This document shows positions 43,738-53,015 of a stretch of DNA of 64,000 nucleotides, piece by piece. A program made the position numbers and the translations under genes. The stretch comes from an uncultured Eubacteriales bacterium (GTDB lineage Bacteria; Bacillota; Clostridia; UBA1381; UMGS1253), in contig CABUKE010000004.1 of assembly GCA_902492065.1 (NCBI GenBank), positions 43,621 to 107,620 of the forward strand. The letters are read 5' to 3'. A model generated the notes under the pieces. It searched no databases. It was given only the letters and a program-made list of their open reading frames with translations, and was not told where the DNA came from. Numbering within the stretch: position 1 is the stretch's first letter; the number at the start of each line of letters is the position of its first letter.

Positions 43738-44748
43738 ATGGTCGCTGTGCGCAGACTGTATCTTGTGACGGGGGCGGCCGGGCATCTGGGCAATACAGTG
43801 GTACGGATGCTCGCAGAGAAGGGGGAGAAAGTGCGCTTGCTCGTTCTTCCGGGTGAAAAGCATATCGAGGCGGTTTCTGCTTTGTCGGAAATTTTTACGG
43901 GCGATGTGCGCGACAAAGTGTCGATGCGGACATTTTTCCAGACGGACGATGATGTACAGAAGATTGTGATTCATTGTGCAGGCATTGTGTCGATTGCGTC
44001 TAAATTTGAGCAAAGGGTATATGATGTGAATGTATCGGGCACGAAGAACATTGTAGAGCTGTGCAAAGAGTACGGCGTGCATAAGCTTGTCTACGTCAGC
44101 TCGGTTCATGCAATTCCGGAGCTGTCGCCGGGACAGGTGATTACGGAAACGGATTGCTTTGCACCTGACTTGGTAAAGGGGTTGTATGCCAAAACAAAGG
44201 CAGAGGCGACAGCGTTCGTTCTGCAGGCGGCAGAGCAGGGGCTTAACGTCTCTGTTGTGCATCCGTCCGGCATCTGCGGGCCGTATGACACGGGTCGGGG
44301 GCACCTGACGCAGTTGTTTATCGACTATTACAAAGGGCGGCTGACCGCCGGGTTGCGGGGCGGCTACGACTTCGTGGACGTGCGTGACGTGGCGGCGGGC
44401 GTAATTGCCTGCTGTGAGCGGGGACAGCGCGGGGAGTGCTACATCCTGTCGAACCGGTATGTTTCGATTCCGGAACTTTTGGAGATGTTTCATGAAGTTT
44501 CCGGGCGGAAGCGCGTCCGGACGATTCTGCCGCTGTGGTTTGTCCGTCTGACGGCTCCGCTGGCAGAGCTGTATTATAAACTGCTGCGTCAGCCGCCGCT
44601 CTACACTGCCTACTCCATCTATACGCTTACGAGTAACGCATATTTTTCACATGAAAAGGCAGAGCGGGATCTGGGCTATGCGGTGCGCCCCCTTACGGAG
44701 ACTGTACGGGATACAATGTGCTGGCTAAAGGAGCAGGGAAGGATATAA
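43738..44748 (+). CDS. NAD-dependent epimerase/dehydratase family (extended SDR)
   Basis: VTGAAGHLGNTVV Rossmann motif and a YAKTK catalytic motif. I trimmed the start to ATG 43738; the tracked ORF overlaps rbgA. Confidence 0.8.
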   Translation: MVAVRRLYLVTGAAGHLGNTVVRMLAEKGEKVRLLVLPGEKHIEAVSALSEIFTGDVRDKVSMRTFFQTDDDVQKIVIHCAGIVSIASKFEQRVYDVNVSGTKNIVELCKEYGVHKLVYVSSVHAIPELSPGQVITETDCFAPDLVKGLYAKTKAEATAFVLQAAEQGLNVSVVHPSGICGPYDTGRGHLTQLFIDYYKGRLTAGLRGGYDFVDVRDVAAGVIACCERGQRGECYILSNRYVSIPELLEMFHEVSGRKRVRTILPLWFVRLTAPLAELYYKLLRQPPLYTAYSIYTLTSNAYFSHEKAERDLGYAVRPLTETVRDTMCWLKEQGRI

Positions 44749-44802
44749 AAGGGCAAAAGAAAAAAGCCGCCATAAGACGACTTTGGTATGCTTTTGCAAA
44801 GC

Positions 44803-45039
44803 TCAGTCAACCATAAATTCTTTCATATCTGCTTTGAAGCTGTCTGCGCTTGCTTCCGGGCAATGTGCTTCCAAAACGATCGGCTTGCTCAAATCAAGAG
44901 AAAAGATACCCATGATTGATTTTGCATCAACAACATATCTGCCCGACGTCAGGTCAACATCAAAGTCGTATTTGTTTACTGCATTTACAAAGTTCTTTAC
45001 GCTGTTGATTGAGCTAAGCGAGATGTTAAAAGTGGTCAT
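44803..45039 (-). CDS. HPr-fold protein lacking the His15 phosphorylation site
   Basis: It aligns by eye to HPr/Crh. DAKSIMGIFSLDL corresponds to the Ser46 region. The His15 loop GIHARPA is replaced by SINSVKN. I set the start at ATG 45039. Confidence 0.75.
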   Translation of the reverse strand: MTTFNISLSSINSVKNFVNAVNKYDFDVDLTSGRYVVDAKSIMGIFSLDLSKPIVLEAHCPEASADSFKADMKEFMVD

Positions 45040-45177
45040 AAAAAACGCCTCCTTCAAGATATTTGTGGGAACCTTCCCACTACATGTAATATTACCACTT
45101 TCTCGTGCATTTCGTCAATGGTATTTGAAAAAATTTCTGAATAATTTACTTTTTATACAAAATAAGGGGTTAACAGT

Positions 45178-46488
45178 ATGAAACGGGTTGCTTTTTATAC
45201 GCTCGGCTGCAAGGTCAACCAATATGAAACACAGGCCATGTGCGAGCTGTTTTTAAAAGAAGGGTATGAGGCGGTCGGCTTTGAGGAGCGGGCGGACATA
45301 TATGTGATTAATACCTGCTCGGTAACGGGCCTGTCCGACCGTAAGTCGCGCCAGATGATACGCCGGGCGCGCCGCAAAAACCCGGACGCGGTTATCGTCG
45401 CGGCAGGTTGCTATGCGCAGACCGCCGCGGACGAGGTAGGCCGGATTGAGGGCGTAAATCTGATCATCGGTACGCAGGGCCGCGGCAATATCGTTGCACT
45501 GGCGGAGCAGGCGGCACAAAAGAAGCTCAACTACGTGCGGGACATTATGCACACGCACGACTTTGAGGAATTGTCCGTTCATGCTTACAGCGAAAAGACG
45601 CGCGCTTATATTAAGGCGCAGGAAGGGTGCAGCCAGTTTTGCTCCTATTGTATTATTCCCTATGCACGTGGTCCCATTCGGAGCCGTCCGGCGGACGCCG
45701 TGCTGGCGGAGGCGCGGCGGCTGGCGCAGGCGGGGTATGCGGAGCTGGTTCTGGTAGGAATACATATTGCCTCATATGGGAAGGATCTCGGAGCCGGTTC
45801 ACTTGAGCAGCTCATCCGAGACATCAACGAAATAGAAGCAGTGCGGCGTATCCGCCTTAGTTCGATTGAGCCGATGACGCTCGACGATACCTTCCTCCAT
45901 GCGGTCGCCGGCGCGGACAAGCTGTGCCATCACTTCCATATTTCACTCCAGTCCGGCTGTGACGAAACGCTGGCGCGTATGAACCGTAAGTATACGACGG
46001 AGCAGTTCAGCCGGATTGTGCACGGCCTGCGAGAAGCTTTTTGCGACGTAGCCATTACAACGGACGTTATGGTTGGCTTCCCCGGAGAAACGGAGGAGGA
46101 GTTTGCTGCCTCGCTCGCATTTGTGGAGCAGACGGCATTTGCCGATTTGCACGTATTCCAGTATTCGCCGCGGCCCGGAACGCCGGCCGCCGTGATGGAG
46201 GCACAGGTGCCGCCGGAAGTAAAGCATGCACGCAGCGAAAAGATGATCGCGGCGGGACACAGGAGCCGTGATGCGTTCCTGCACCGGTTTCTTGGACGGG
46301 ATATGACGGTGCTGTTTGAGCAGGAACACGCGCACAAAGGCGGCTGGTACGAGGGTAAGACGGAAAATTATATTACCGTTGTCTGTGAGGCGGACCACGA
46401 TTTGTCGGGCCGGTTTGCCGTAGTGCGGCTGGGGCGCATTGCAGACGGGGTCGTATATGGAACGCTCATACAGGAGGAAGCAATATGA
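45178..46488 (+). CDS. mtaB: tRNA t6A37 methylthiotransferase (radical SAM, MtaB type)
   Basis: N-terminal UPF0004 Cys triad (C..C..C in YTLGCKVNQYE..., NTCSVT), radical SAM CSQFCSYC and a C-terminal TRAM-like domain. Confidence 0.85.
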   Translation: MKRVAFYTLGCKVNQYETQAMCELFLKEGYEAVGFEERADIYVINTCSVTGLSDRKSRQMIRRARRKNPDAVIVAAGCYAQTAADEVGRIEGVNLIIGTQGRGNIVALAEQAAQKKLNYVRDIMHTHDFEELSVHAYSEKTRAYIKAQEGCSQFCSYCIIPYARGPIRSRPADAVLAEARRLAQAGYAELVLVGIHIASYGKDLGAGSLEQLIRDINEIEAVRRIRLSSIEPMTLDDTFLHAVAGADKLCHHFHISLQSGCDETLARMNRKYTTEQFSRIVHGLREAFCDVAITTDVMVGFPGETEEEFAASLAFVEQTAFADLHVFQYSPRPGTPAAVMEAQVPPEVKHARSEKMIAAGHRSRDAFLHRFLGRDMTVLFEQEHAHKGGWYEGKTENYITVVCEADHDLSGRFAVVRLGRIADGVVYGTLIQEEAI

Positions 46489-47222
46489 AGTCGAAAACAG
46501 TCCTAATAACGGGTGCGTCGCGCGGGATTGGACGCGCCTGCGCGGTGCAGTTTGCAAGAGAAGGCCACCGCGTCATTATCAATTATAAATCGAGCCGTGC
46601 GGCGGCGGAGACGCTGGTGCAGGAGCTGAAGCAGGCGGGTTTTTATGCCTGCGCCTACTGCGCCGATGTAGCCGACGCGGCGCAGGTGCAGGACATGTAT
46701 TCGTGGATTGCGGCGGAGTATGGCGGTGTAGATGTTTTGGTCAACAACGCCGGCATCGCGCGCACAAAGATGTTCTGCGATACGGAAGAAACCGACTGGG
46801 ATGCAGTGTTTGGCACCAACGTAAAGGGCATGTACCGCTGCACAAAGCTGGCACTTCCATATATGATACACAAAAAAAGCGGCAGCATTGTCAACATTTC
46901 GTCCGTATGGGGAATATGCGGTGCCTCATGCGAGGTGGCGTATTCTGCCTCGAAGGCGGCAGTGATTGGTTTTACGAAGGCGCTTGCGCAGGAAGTTGGG
47001 CCGAGCGGAATCCGGGTCAACTGTGTCGCGCCTGGCGTGATTGACACGGACATGAACGGCGCGCTGGGGCAGGAAGATATTGCCGCGCTGGAGGAGCAGA
47101 CGCCGCTTGGCCGGCTCGGCACAGTGGGCGAGGTTGCAGCGGCAGTGCGCTTCCTTGCCGGGGAGCAGGCCGGCTTTATCACCGGGCAGGTGCTCAGCCC
47201 AAATGGCGGCTTCTTGATTTAA
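46485..47222 (+). CDS. SDR family oxidoreductase (FabG-like)
   Basis: TGASRGIG, NNAG and YSASK motifs. ATGA overlap with mtaB. Confidence 0.8.
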   Translation: MKSKTVLITGASRGIGRACAVQFAREGHRVIINYKSSRAAAETLVQELKQAGFYACAYCADVADAAQVQDMYSWIAAEYGGVDVLVNNAGIARTKMFCDTEETDWDAVFGTNVKGMYRCTKLALPYMIHKKSGSIVNISSVWGICGASCEVAYSASKAAVIGFTKALAQEVGPSGIRVNCVAPGVIDTDMNGALGQEDIAALEEQTPLGRLGTVGEVAAAVRFLAGEQAGFITGQVLSPNGGFLI

Positions 47223-47236
47223 ACATAAAATAGATA

Positions 47237-47264
47237 AGCCCGGCGGAGTGACCGTCGGGCTGTT
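47237..47264. terminator. bidirectional hairpin terminator
   Basis: agcccggcg...cgtcgggct (one G:U pair) between convergent genes. Confidence 0.6.
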
Positions 47265-48131
47265 TCATTGCTGATTATACGCTTTTGTTTTTCGGTATTG
47301 CTGCGGGGTTAGCTTTTTATATTTCTTAAACTTGGAAATAAAATTACTGCTGCTCTGGTACCCTACGCTCGCGGCTACGTCCGCAATCGAGAGCGGCGTA
47401 TGGGCAAGCAGTACGGAAGCCTTTGCAATCCGGTACTGTTCTAAATATTGATAAGGCGTAATTTCAAGATGCTTATTAAACAAACGAATCAAGTGCGTTT
47501 GTGAAATAAACAATTCGGCGCAGATATCTTTTGTATTGATATCCTCTTGATAGTGCATGGCAATAAACCGCAGCGCCCGCTCCAGCAAATCCTTCACTCG
47601 TTCGTTTTCGTAGATGTTTTTTGTCTTGTAAGTGAGCAGATCGTGCATCAAGTCGGATAAAAGCTTCGACTCCTCTACTGAACAGTCGTCGAAGAAGCGG
47701 TCCTTGTAGGCGATTAGCTTTTCGTACAGGGCGATCAGCTTGTCCGGCTCCCGGTATTTAAAGACGGGCTCATTGTTTTCTACGATTCTGTTAATGAAAT
47801 TTGTGGCATGGTTGTCCAGAATATGCAGCCAGTAAAATTCCCAAATGCGGCCCTTTTCCGGGTAGTAGGCATGCGGCGTGTTCGGCGGCAGGACAAACAT
47901 ATCCCCGGCTGAAAGCAGGAATGTTTTTCCGTATACTTCCAATATTCCGCTGCCGGAAACCGTCAGAATCAGCGTCGAGTCGATTGAACCGCTTTCCAAA
48001 CGATTTGTCAAGTACTTGTCGTTGCAGCGGTGCCAGCCAACGCTCGTATAACAAAACAGGTACTCCATATTTTTGAGCGGAACGTTGGTGAACAAACGCA
48101 CCTTGCCGAAATCGCCGTCCATCGTGTACAT
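47265..48131 (-). CDS. AraC family transcriptional regulator (cupin + HTH)
   Basis: N-terminal cupin-like sensor and a C-terminal double HTH (ISQTHLIRLFNKHLEITPYQY..., IADVAASVGYQSSSNFISKFKK). I set the start at ATG 48131 after the SD ggaggtgg. Confidence 0.85.
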   Translation of the reverse strand: MYTMDGDFGKVRLFTNVPLKNMEYLFCYTSVGWHRCNDKYLTNRLESGSIDSTLILTVSGSGILEVYGKTFLLSAGDMFVLPPNTPHAYYPEKGRIWEFYWLHILDNHATNFINRIVENNEPVFKYREPDKLIALYEKLIAYKDRFFDDCSVEESKLLSDLMHDLLTYKTKNIYENERVKDLLERALRFIAMHYQEDINTKDICAELFISQTHLIRLFNKHLEITPYQYLEQYRIAKASVLLAHTPLSIADVAASVGYQSSSNFISKFKKYKKLTPQQYRKTKAYNQQ

Positions 48132-48344
48132 TGTACCACCTCCCGTAACTGCCGTAAAATAGTTTTTCTTATAAAACAGAGATATATACATGTTCTATTG
48201 TATGCAATCAGATAGCAAATGTCAAGTAGTGTTGTTTTTTAATTTATAGAGCATTATTTTTTGTAATAAAAGCGGGGATTCTCCGGCATGACTGAAAAAA
48301 TTGTGGTTTTTTCCAAAAAAACTTTAATTATTTTGGGAAAACGC

Positions 48345-48373
48345 TTGAAAATTGCCGATATTCGGTATAAAAT
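48345..48373 (+). promoter_or_regulatory. candidate promoter TTGAAA-17-TAAAAT
   Basis: Motif match 35 nt upstream of the permease start. Confidence 0.4.
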
Positions 48374-48407
48374 ATTTAGGTAATCTTAATAGAAAAGGGG
48401 AGAAAAC

Positions 48408-49769
48408 ATGGAAAAGGTCTTTAAGCTCAAAGAACATGGCACCAACGTCCGTACAGAGATTATCGCTGGTGTCACAACTTTCCTGGCGATGGTTTACATT
48501 CTGGCTGTAAATCCATCTATGCTGGCGGAAGCGGGGATGAGCAAGGATGCTGTATTTACAGCGACGGCGGTTTCGGCTGCGCTTGCGACGCTGTGTATGG
48601 CATTTTTTGCAAACTATCCGGTAGCGTTGGCTTCCGGTATGGGATTGAATGCATACTTTGCGTATTCGGTATGTATCCCAATGGCGGAGGCGGGTATCAC
48701 GGACCCGTGGCAGATTGCATTGACTGCCGTATTTGTGGAAGGTATTATTTTCATCATCCTTTCGCTGTTCAAATTCCGTGAGACATTGGTCAACAAGGTT
48801 CCGGCGAACCTCAAGTTCGGCATTACGGCCGGTATCGGTCTGTTTATCACGATTGTCGGGCTGAAAGGCGCGGGGATTGCGATCGGCGATCCAAGTACGC
48901 TCGTTGCAATGGGCGATATTGCGACGCCGCAGTTCGTTCTCGCTATGGTGGGACTTATCCTGATTGGCATTATGCACCACTACAAGGTGCCGGGCTCCAT
49001 CCTTTGGGGTATTCTGGCAACATGGATTCTCGGTATGTTTGCCGAGCTTTGCGGCTGGTATGTGGTAGACGTTGAAGCGGGCGCGTATTCGCTGTTCCCG
49101 AACTTTACGGACTACAGTTTCCTGCCTGCTGCGCCGTATTTCTTTAATTTCGATTTTAGCTATGTAACAAATCATATCCTGGAGTTTGCAGTTATCGTGT
49201 TCTCCTTCCTGTTTGTCGATTTGTTCGACACGGTTGGAACGCTGATTGGCGTTGCTGAAAAGGGGAACCTGCTCGACAAGGAGGGCAATCTTCCGAGAGC
49301 GGGCGGCGCGCTTATGGCGGACGCAGTTGGTACGGTAATTGGTTCAATCCTGGGTACGTCTACAGTTACGAGCTATGTTGAGTCGAGCGCAGGCGTTGCA
49401 CAGGGCGGCCGGACCGGCCTGACGGCTGTAACGGCGGCGGTATTGTTTATCGTGGCGCTGTTCTTCTCGCCGATCTTTTTGGCAATTCCGGGCTTTGCGA
49501 CTACGCCAGCCTTGGTATTTGTCGGCCTTTTGATGATGGGGTCGGTCAAGAATATGAAGTTTGACGGTGACATCGCTGACGTTTTGGGCGGCTTTGTAGC
49601 AATTATCATGATGCCGTTTACGTATTCCATTGCAAATGGTATCATGTTCGGTATCCTCACCTGGGTTATCCTTAAGCTCTGCATGGGCAAAGTGAGAGAT
49701 ATCCACTGGGTAATGTGGGTAGCGAGCGGCCTGTTTGCGCTGCGCGTCATTACGATGGTGATTCAATAA
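48408..49769 (+). CDS. NCS2 (AzgA/PbuG-type) purine permease
   Basis: MEKVFKLKEHGTNVRTEIIAGVTTFLAMVYILAVNP is the hallmark N-terminus of adenine/guanine/hypoxanthine permeases. Confidence 0.85.
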   Translation: MEKVFKLKEHGTNVRTEIIAGVTTFLAMVYILAVNPSMLAEAGMSKDAVFTATAVSAALATLCMAFFANYPVALASGMGLNAYFAYSVCIPMAEAGITDPWQIALTAVFVEGIIFIILSLFKFRETLVNKVPANLKFGITAGIGLFITIVGLKGAGIAIGDPSTLVAMGDIATPQFVLAMVGLILIGIMHHYKVPGSILWGILATWILGMFAELCGWYVVDVEAGAYSLFPNFTDYSFLPAAPYFFNFDFSYVTNHILEFAVIVFSFLFVDLFDTVGTLIGVAEKGNLLDKEGNLPRAGGALMADAVGTVIGSILGTSTVTSYVESSAGVAQGGRTGLTAVTAAVLFIVALFFSPIFLAIPGFATTPALVFVGLLMMGSVKNMKFDGDIADVLGGFVAIIMMPFTYSIANGIMFGILTWVILKLCMGKVRDIHWVMWVASGLFALRVITMVIQ

Positions 49770-49819
49770 TACCGGCGTTACTTTGGGATTAATTTTGAAG
49801 AAAAGGGTGTCTTACTTAC

Positions 49820-50380
49820 ATGGGAATGTCTTATACGCTTAATGTGGCGGGAGTTACAAGAGAGCTGCCGCTGTGTCGGGTAACGGATGATATGTATATC
49901 GCCGCTTTTGTAATGTTTGGCGATGTGGAGCTTACAAAGGCGTGCGCGAGCGCCCTTTTGGAAAAAGCGCCGGCGCATGATATTATGATTACGGCTGAGT
50001 CGAAGGGGATTCCGCTCCTCTATGAGATGGCGCGCCAGTCCGGGGAAAACGATTATATCGTAGCCCGGAAAGGGCCGAAGCTCTATATGGAAAACGTGTT
50101 GATGACCGAGGTCGATTCCATCACGACGGAAAACCGGCAGATTCTCTGCATTGGGCAGAGAGAGGCGGACGCTATGCGCGGGAAGCGTGTGCTGGTAATT
50201 GACGATGTTATCAGTACGGGTGAGTCGCTTGCGGCTCTGGAAAAGCTGATTAATCAAGTCGGTGGGAACATTGTCGGCCGGATGGCTGTTCTGGCAGAAG
50301 GGGATGCGATGGAGCGTGACGATATCAGCTGTCTGGCTCCGCTTCCGCTTTTCAACGCAGACGGTACGGCAAAAGCCTAA
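49820..50380 (+). CDS. phosphoribosyltransferase family protein (purine PRT-like)
   Basis: PRPP loop VLVIDDVISTGESL. It lies adjacent to the purine permease. Confidence 0.7.
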   Translation: MGMSYTLNVAGVTRELPLCRVTDDMYIAAFVMFGDVELTKACASALLEKAPAHDIMITAESKGIPLLYEMARQSGENDYIVARKGPKLYMENVLMTEVDSITTENRQILCIGQREADAMRGKRVLVIDDVISTGESLAALEKLINQVGGNIVGRMAVLAEGDAMERDDISCLAPLPLFNADGTAKA

Positions 50381-50413
50381 TCGGATTGTAACACTTTTTA
50401 GTATTTACAGTAT

Positions 50414-50450
50414 AAAAGACTGCTTATGACTTCGTAAGCAGTCTTTTTTG
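50414..50450. terminator. bidirectional rho-independent terminator
   Basis: aagactgctta...taagcagtctt with flanking A-run and T-run. Confidence 0.7.
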
Positions 50451-50465
50451 TTGTTTGCCGCAAGT

Positions 50466-51008
50466 TCAGCTCTCCATATGACGCCCCAGAAATCCAGCCG
50501 CCGCCTGCGCGAGCTTTTCCTCAACATCGGAGGCGTTTGCCTTGTCGTCGGAGAAAAAGACAACGCTGCCAATGCTGTCGCCCTCGGAAATAATCGGGTA
50601 AGCGACAAGTGCATGATGCTTTTCGTTGCTGTCAATAATTGGCAGGTCCTTGGTCGACGAGGCACTCTTATTATAGGGAGCCTTTTCGTTCATAATTTTT
50701 TCCAATTCCGGGCTGATTCGTTTTTCGAGCATTTCACGCTTTGGCGCACCGGAAACGGCAATCGTCGTGTCGCGGTCTGTAATGCAGACAGGCAGGCCCG
50801 CCGTTTTAGCAAGCGATTCCGCGTATTGGCTTGCAAATTCGCCAAGCTCGCCAATCGGGGAATACTTTTTAAAGATAACCTCGCCATCTTTGTCTGTGAA
50901 GATTTCAAGCGGGTCTCCTTCCCGGATTCGCATGGTGCGGCGGATTTCCTTCGGGATTACGACTCTGCCTAAATCATCTATGCGTCTTACAATACCAGTT
51001 GCTTTCAT
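50466..51008 (-). CDS. spoVT: stage V sporulation protein T (AbrB-family regulator)
   Basis: MKATGIVRRIDDLGRVVIPKEIRRTMRIREGDPLEIF is the SpoVT/AbrB swapped-hairpin N-domain. A GAF-like C-domain follows. Confidence 0.9.
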   Translation of the reverse strand: MKATGIVRRIDDLGRVVIPKEIRRTMRIREGDPLEIFTDKDGEVIFKKYSPIGELGEFASQYAESLAKTAGLPVCITDRDTTIAVSGAPKREMLEKRISPELEKIMNEKAPYNKSASSTKDLPIIDSNEKHHALVAYPIISEGDSIGSVVFFSDDKANASDVEEKLAQAAAGFLGRHMES

Positions 51009-51207
51009 ATTAAAATTCCTCCAAGCTTAAATTATTTTGCAGATATATTATTTGCAAAGTTTTTTAAAATATCCCTTTTTCCTCTGCAAAAATAAAAATG
51101 GATATAGGCAAGAAAATTGGAAAGTTTTTTATAAAAATGTCTTGACAAATAAAATATAATAATATATCATATTAAATAATAAAAAATATCAATAAGGAAT
51201 GGTTACT

Positions 51208-51642
51208 ATGATTCGAAATGCAGAAGAGCGGGACATTCCACCGGGCATTCGGAAGCGGAATACGCTCCAGCGCAGTTTGGTGCTGGACGCTGTGCGGAGG
51301 CTTGCAAATCACCCGAGTGCAGAGGAGGTTTATGAGCAGACAGCGCGTCTGCACCCGGATATTAGTAAGGCGACAGTTTACCGAAATCTGAATGTATTGG
51401 CGCAGGAGGGGATTTTACGCCGCCTCAGCGTTGCAAATGCGGCAGACCGGTTTGACCATAATACAACAAAACATTATCATATAAAATGTGTCCGCTGCGG
51501 GAGCTTTGACGACGTCACTCTGCCGTACATGGAGGATTTGGACAGAAAAGTAGAGCAGGAAACGGGATATGCCTTGAACAATCATGCTATTATTTTTGAG
51601 GGGCTGTGTCCTGTATGTAAAAATCGTATGCAACAACCTTAA
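51208..51642 (+). CDS. perR: Fur family transcriptional repressor, PerR-like
   Basis: Winged-helix ISKATVYRNLNVL, HYHIKCVRCG...CPVC structural Zn site. It heads a rubrerythrin operon. I preferred the second ATG for SD spacing. Confidence 0.8.
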   Translation: MIRNAEERDIPPGIRKRNTLQRSLVLDAVRRLANHPSAEEVYEQTARLHPDISKATVYRNLNVLAQEGILRRLSVANAADRFDHNTTKHYHIKCVRCGSFDDVTLPYMEDLDRKVEQETGYALNNHAIIFEGLCPVCKNRMQQP

Positions 51643-51675
51643 ATAAAAAAATTTGTAGAAAAGGAGACAAGGACA

Positions 51676-52215
51676 ATGAAAGAATTAAAGGGAACGAAAA
51701 CAGAGGCAAATTTGATGGCGGCTTTTGCAGGGGAGTCACAGGCGAGAAACAAGTACACCTATTATGCAAGTGCGGCAAAGAAGGAAGGACTGGTACAAAT
51801 CGGCAAGTTCTTCGAGGAAACGGCAAATAATGAAAAGGAACATGCAAAGATTTGGTTCAAGCTTTTACATAATGGTATGCCGGACACGGCGACCAACCTG
51901 GCCGATGCGGCTGCGGGTGAGAATTACGAGTGGACGGACATGTACAAGACGTTTGCTGAAGAAGCAAAGGCAGAGGGCTTCGACCATATTGCGTTCCTGT
52001 TTGAAGAAGTAGGTAAGATTGAGAAGGAGCACGAAGAGCGTTACAACAAGCTGCTTGAGAACCTTAAGACTGGCAAAGTGTTCACAAAGGACGGCAAGCA
52101 GGTATGGATTTGCTCGAACTGCGGCCATATTCACATCGGCGACAGCGCGCCGGAGGTATGCCCGGTATGTGCGCATCCGAAGGCATATTTTGAGCTCCGC
52201 GCACAGAATTATTAA
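51676..52215 (+). CDS. rbr: rubrerythrin
   Basis: Diiron four-helix domain ([34 protein letters not shown]) plus a C-terminal rubredoxin site CSNCGH...CPVC. Confidence 0.9.
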   Translation: MKELKGTKTEANLMAAFAGESQARNKYTYYASAAKKEGLVQIGKFFEETANNEKEHAKIWFKLLHNGMPDTATNLADAAAGENYEWTDMYKTFAEEAKAEGFDHIAFLFEEVGKIEKEHEERYNKLLENLKTGKVFTKDGKQVWICSNCGHIHIGDSAPEVCPVCAHPKAYFELRAQNY

Positions 52216-52241
52216 TCAAACACGGGAAGGCAGCGGGATGT

Positions 52242-52865
52242 ATGGACAAAACGGTTTTGTGCCATCTTTCTTACGGCCTGTATGCACTCGGCGTTAATGA
52301 CAACGGGCGTAAATGCGGCTGTATTGTCAATACGGTCTTTCAGGTGACGAGCGCAGACCCGATGATTGCTGTGGCGGTGAACCGGGACAACTATACCTGT
52401 GATGTCATGCAGAGAACCGGAAAGTTTAGCGTTTCCATCCTTTCGGAGCAGGTGAATCCGAATGTGATTGCAGCGCTCGGTTTTGCAAGCGGGCGCGACA
52501 AAAATAAATTTGAGGGAATTGGTTCTGGCATGATGCAGGATCTGCCGATTTTATCGGAGGGGTGCTGTGGTTATTTGCTCTGCGACGTTGTGACAACAGC
52601 GGAAACCTCGACCCACCTTGTATTTCTGGCAAAGGTGCGCGACGCTTTCGGCAACAGTGACTTGCAGCCTATGACCTATCAGTATTACCATGACGTCATT
52701 AAGGGAAAAGCGCCGAAGAATGCGCCGACCTATGTGGCGGAAGATACCAGCGGCGCTGGATACCGTTGTTCTGTCTGTGGATACCGCTATGAGGGCGATA
52801 TCACACAGGAGCCGGACGGCTATGTATGCCCTATCTGCGGCGCGCCGAAATCGGCGTTTCGATGA
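52242..52865 (+). CDS. flavin reductase domain fused to C-terminal rubredoxin
   Basis: N-terminal flavin reductase-like FMN-binding split barrel (LSYGLYALGV...CGCIVNTVFQVTS). The C-terminal rubredoxin is YRCSVCGYRYEGD...YVCPICGAPKSAF. Confidence 0.8.
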   Translation: MDKTVLCHLSYGLYALGVNDNGRKCGCIVNTVFQVTSADPMIAVAVNRDNYTCDVMQRTGKFSVSILSEQVNPNVIAALGFASGRDKNKFEGIGSGMMQDLPILSEGCCGYLLCDVVTTAETSTHLVFLAKVRDAFGNSDLQPMTYQYYHDVIKGKAPKNAPTYVAEDTSGAGYRCSVCGYRYEGDITQEPDGYVCPICGAPKSAFR

Positions 52866-52881
52866 ATTTGACCCCCTAATA

Positions 52882-52919
52882 AATCCCGGGCTGGAGTAAA
52901 CTGGCCTGGGATTTTCTTT
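52882..52919 (+). terminator. rho-independent terminator
   Basis: aatcccgggc...gcctgggatt followed by ttctttg. Confidence 0.65.
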
Positions 52920-53015
52920 GGACGATAATTTGTTTTATGATTTTATATTTCTTTTTTGGGAAAAATGTGGTATACTATTACTAACAAAAAGAAAAACAAG
53001 GGAGTTATATTATTT

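Noticed and set aside
48215-48407. A possible purine riboswitch upstream of the NCS2 purine permease.
   Set aside because: I saw no three-way junction and no conserved purine-riboswitch loop sequences. The region holds only a plausible promoter and SD.
51009-51120. A forespore (sigma-G/F) promoter upstream of spoVT, and a similar CATACT-containing sequence upstream of the 40376..40810 gene.
   Set aside because: There are only partial matches to GHATR-N17/18-CATNNTA, with wrong spacing or mismatches at key positions. They are not supportable from the sequence alone.
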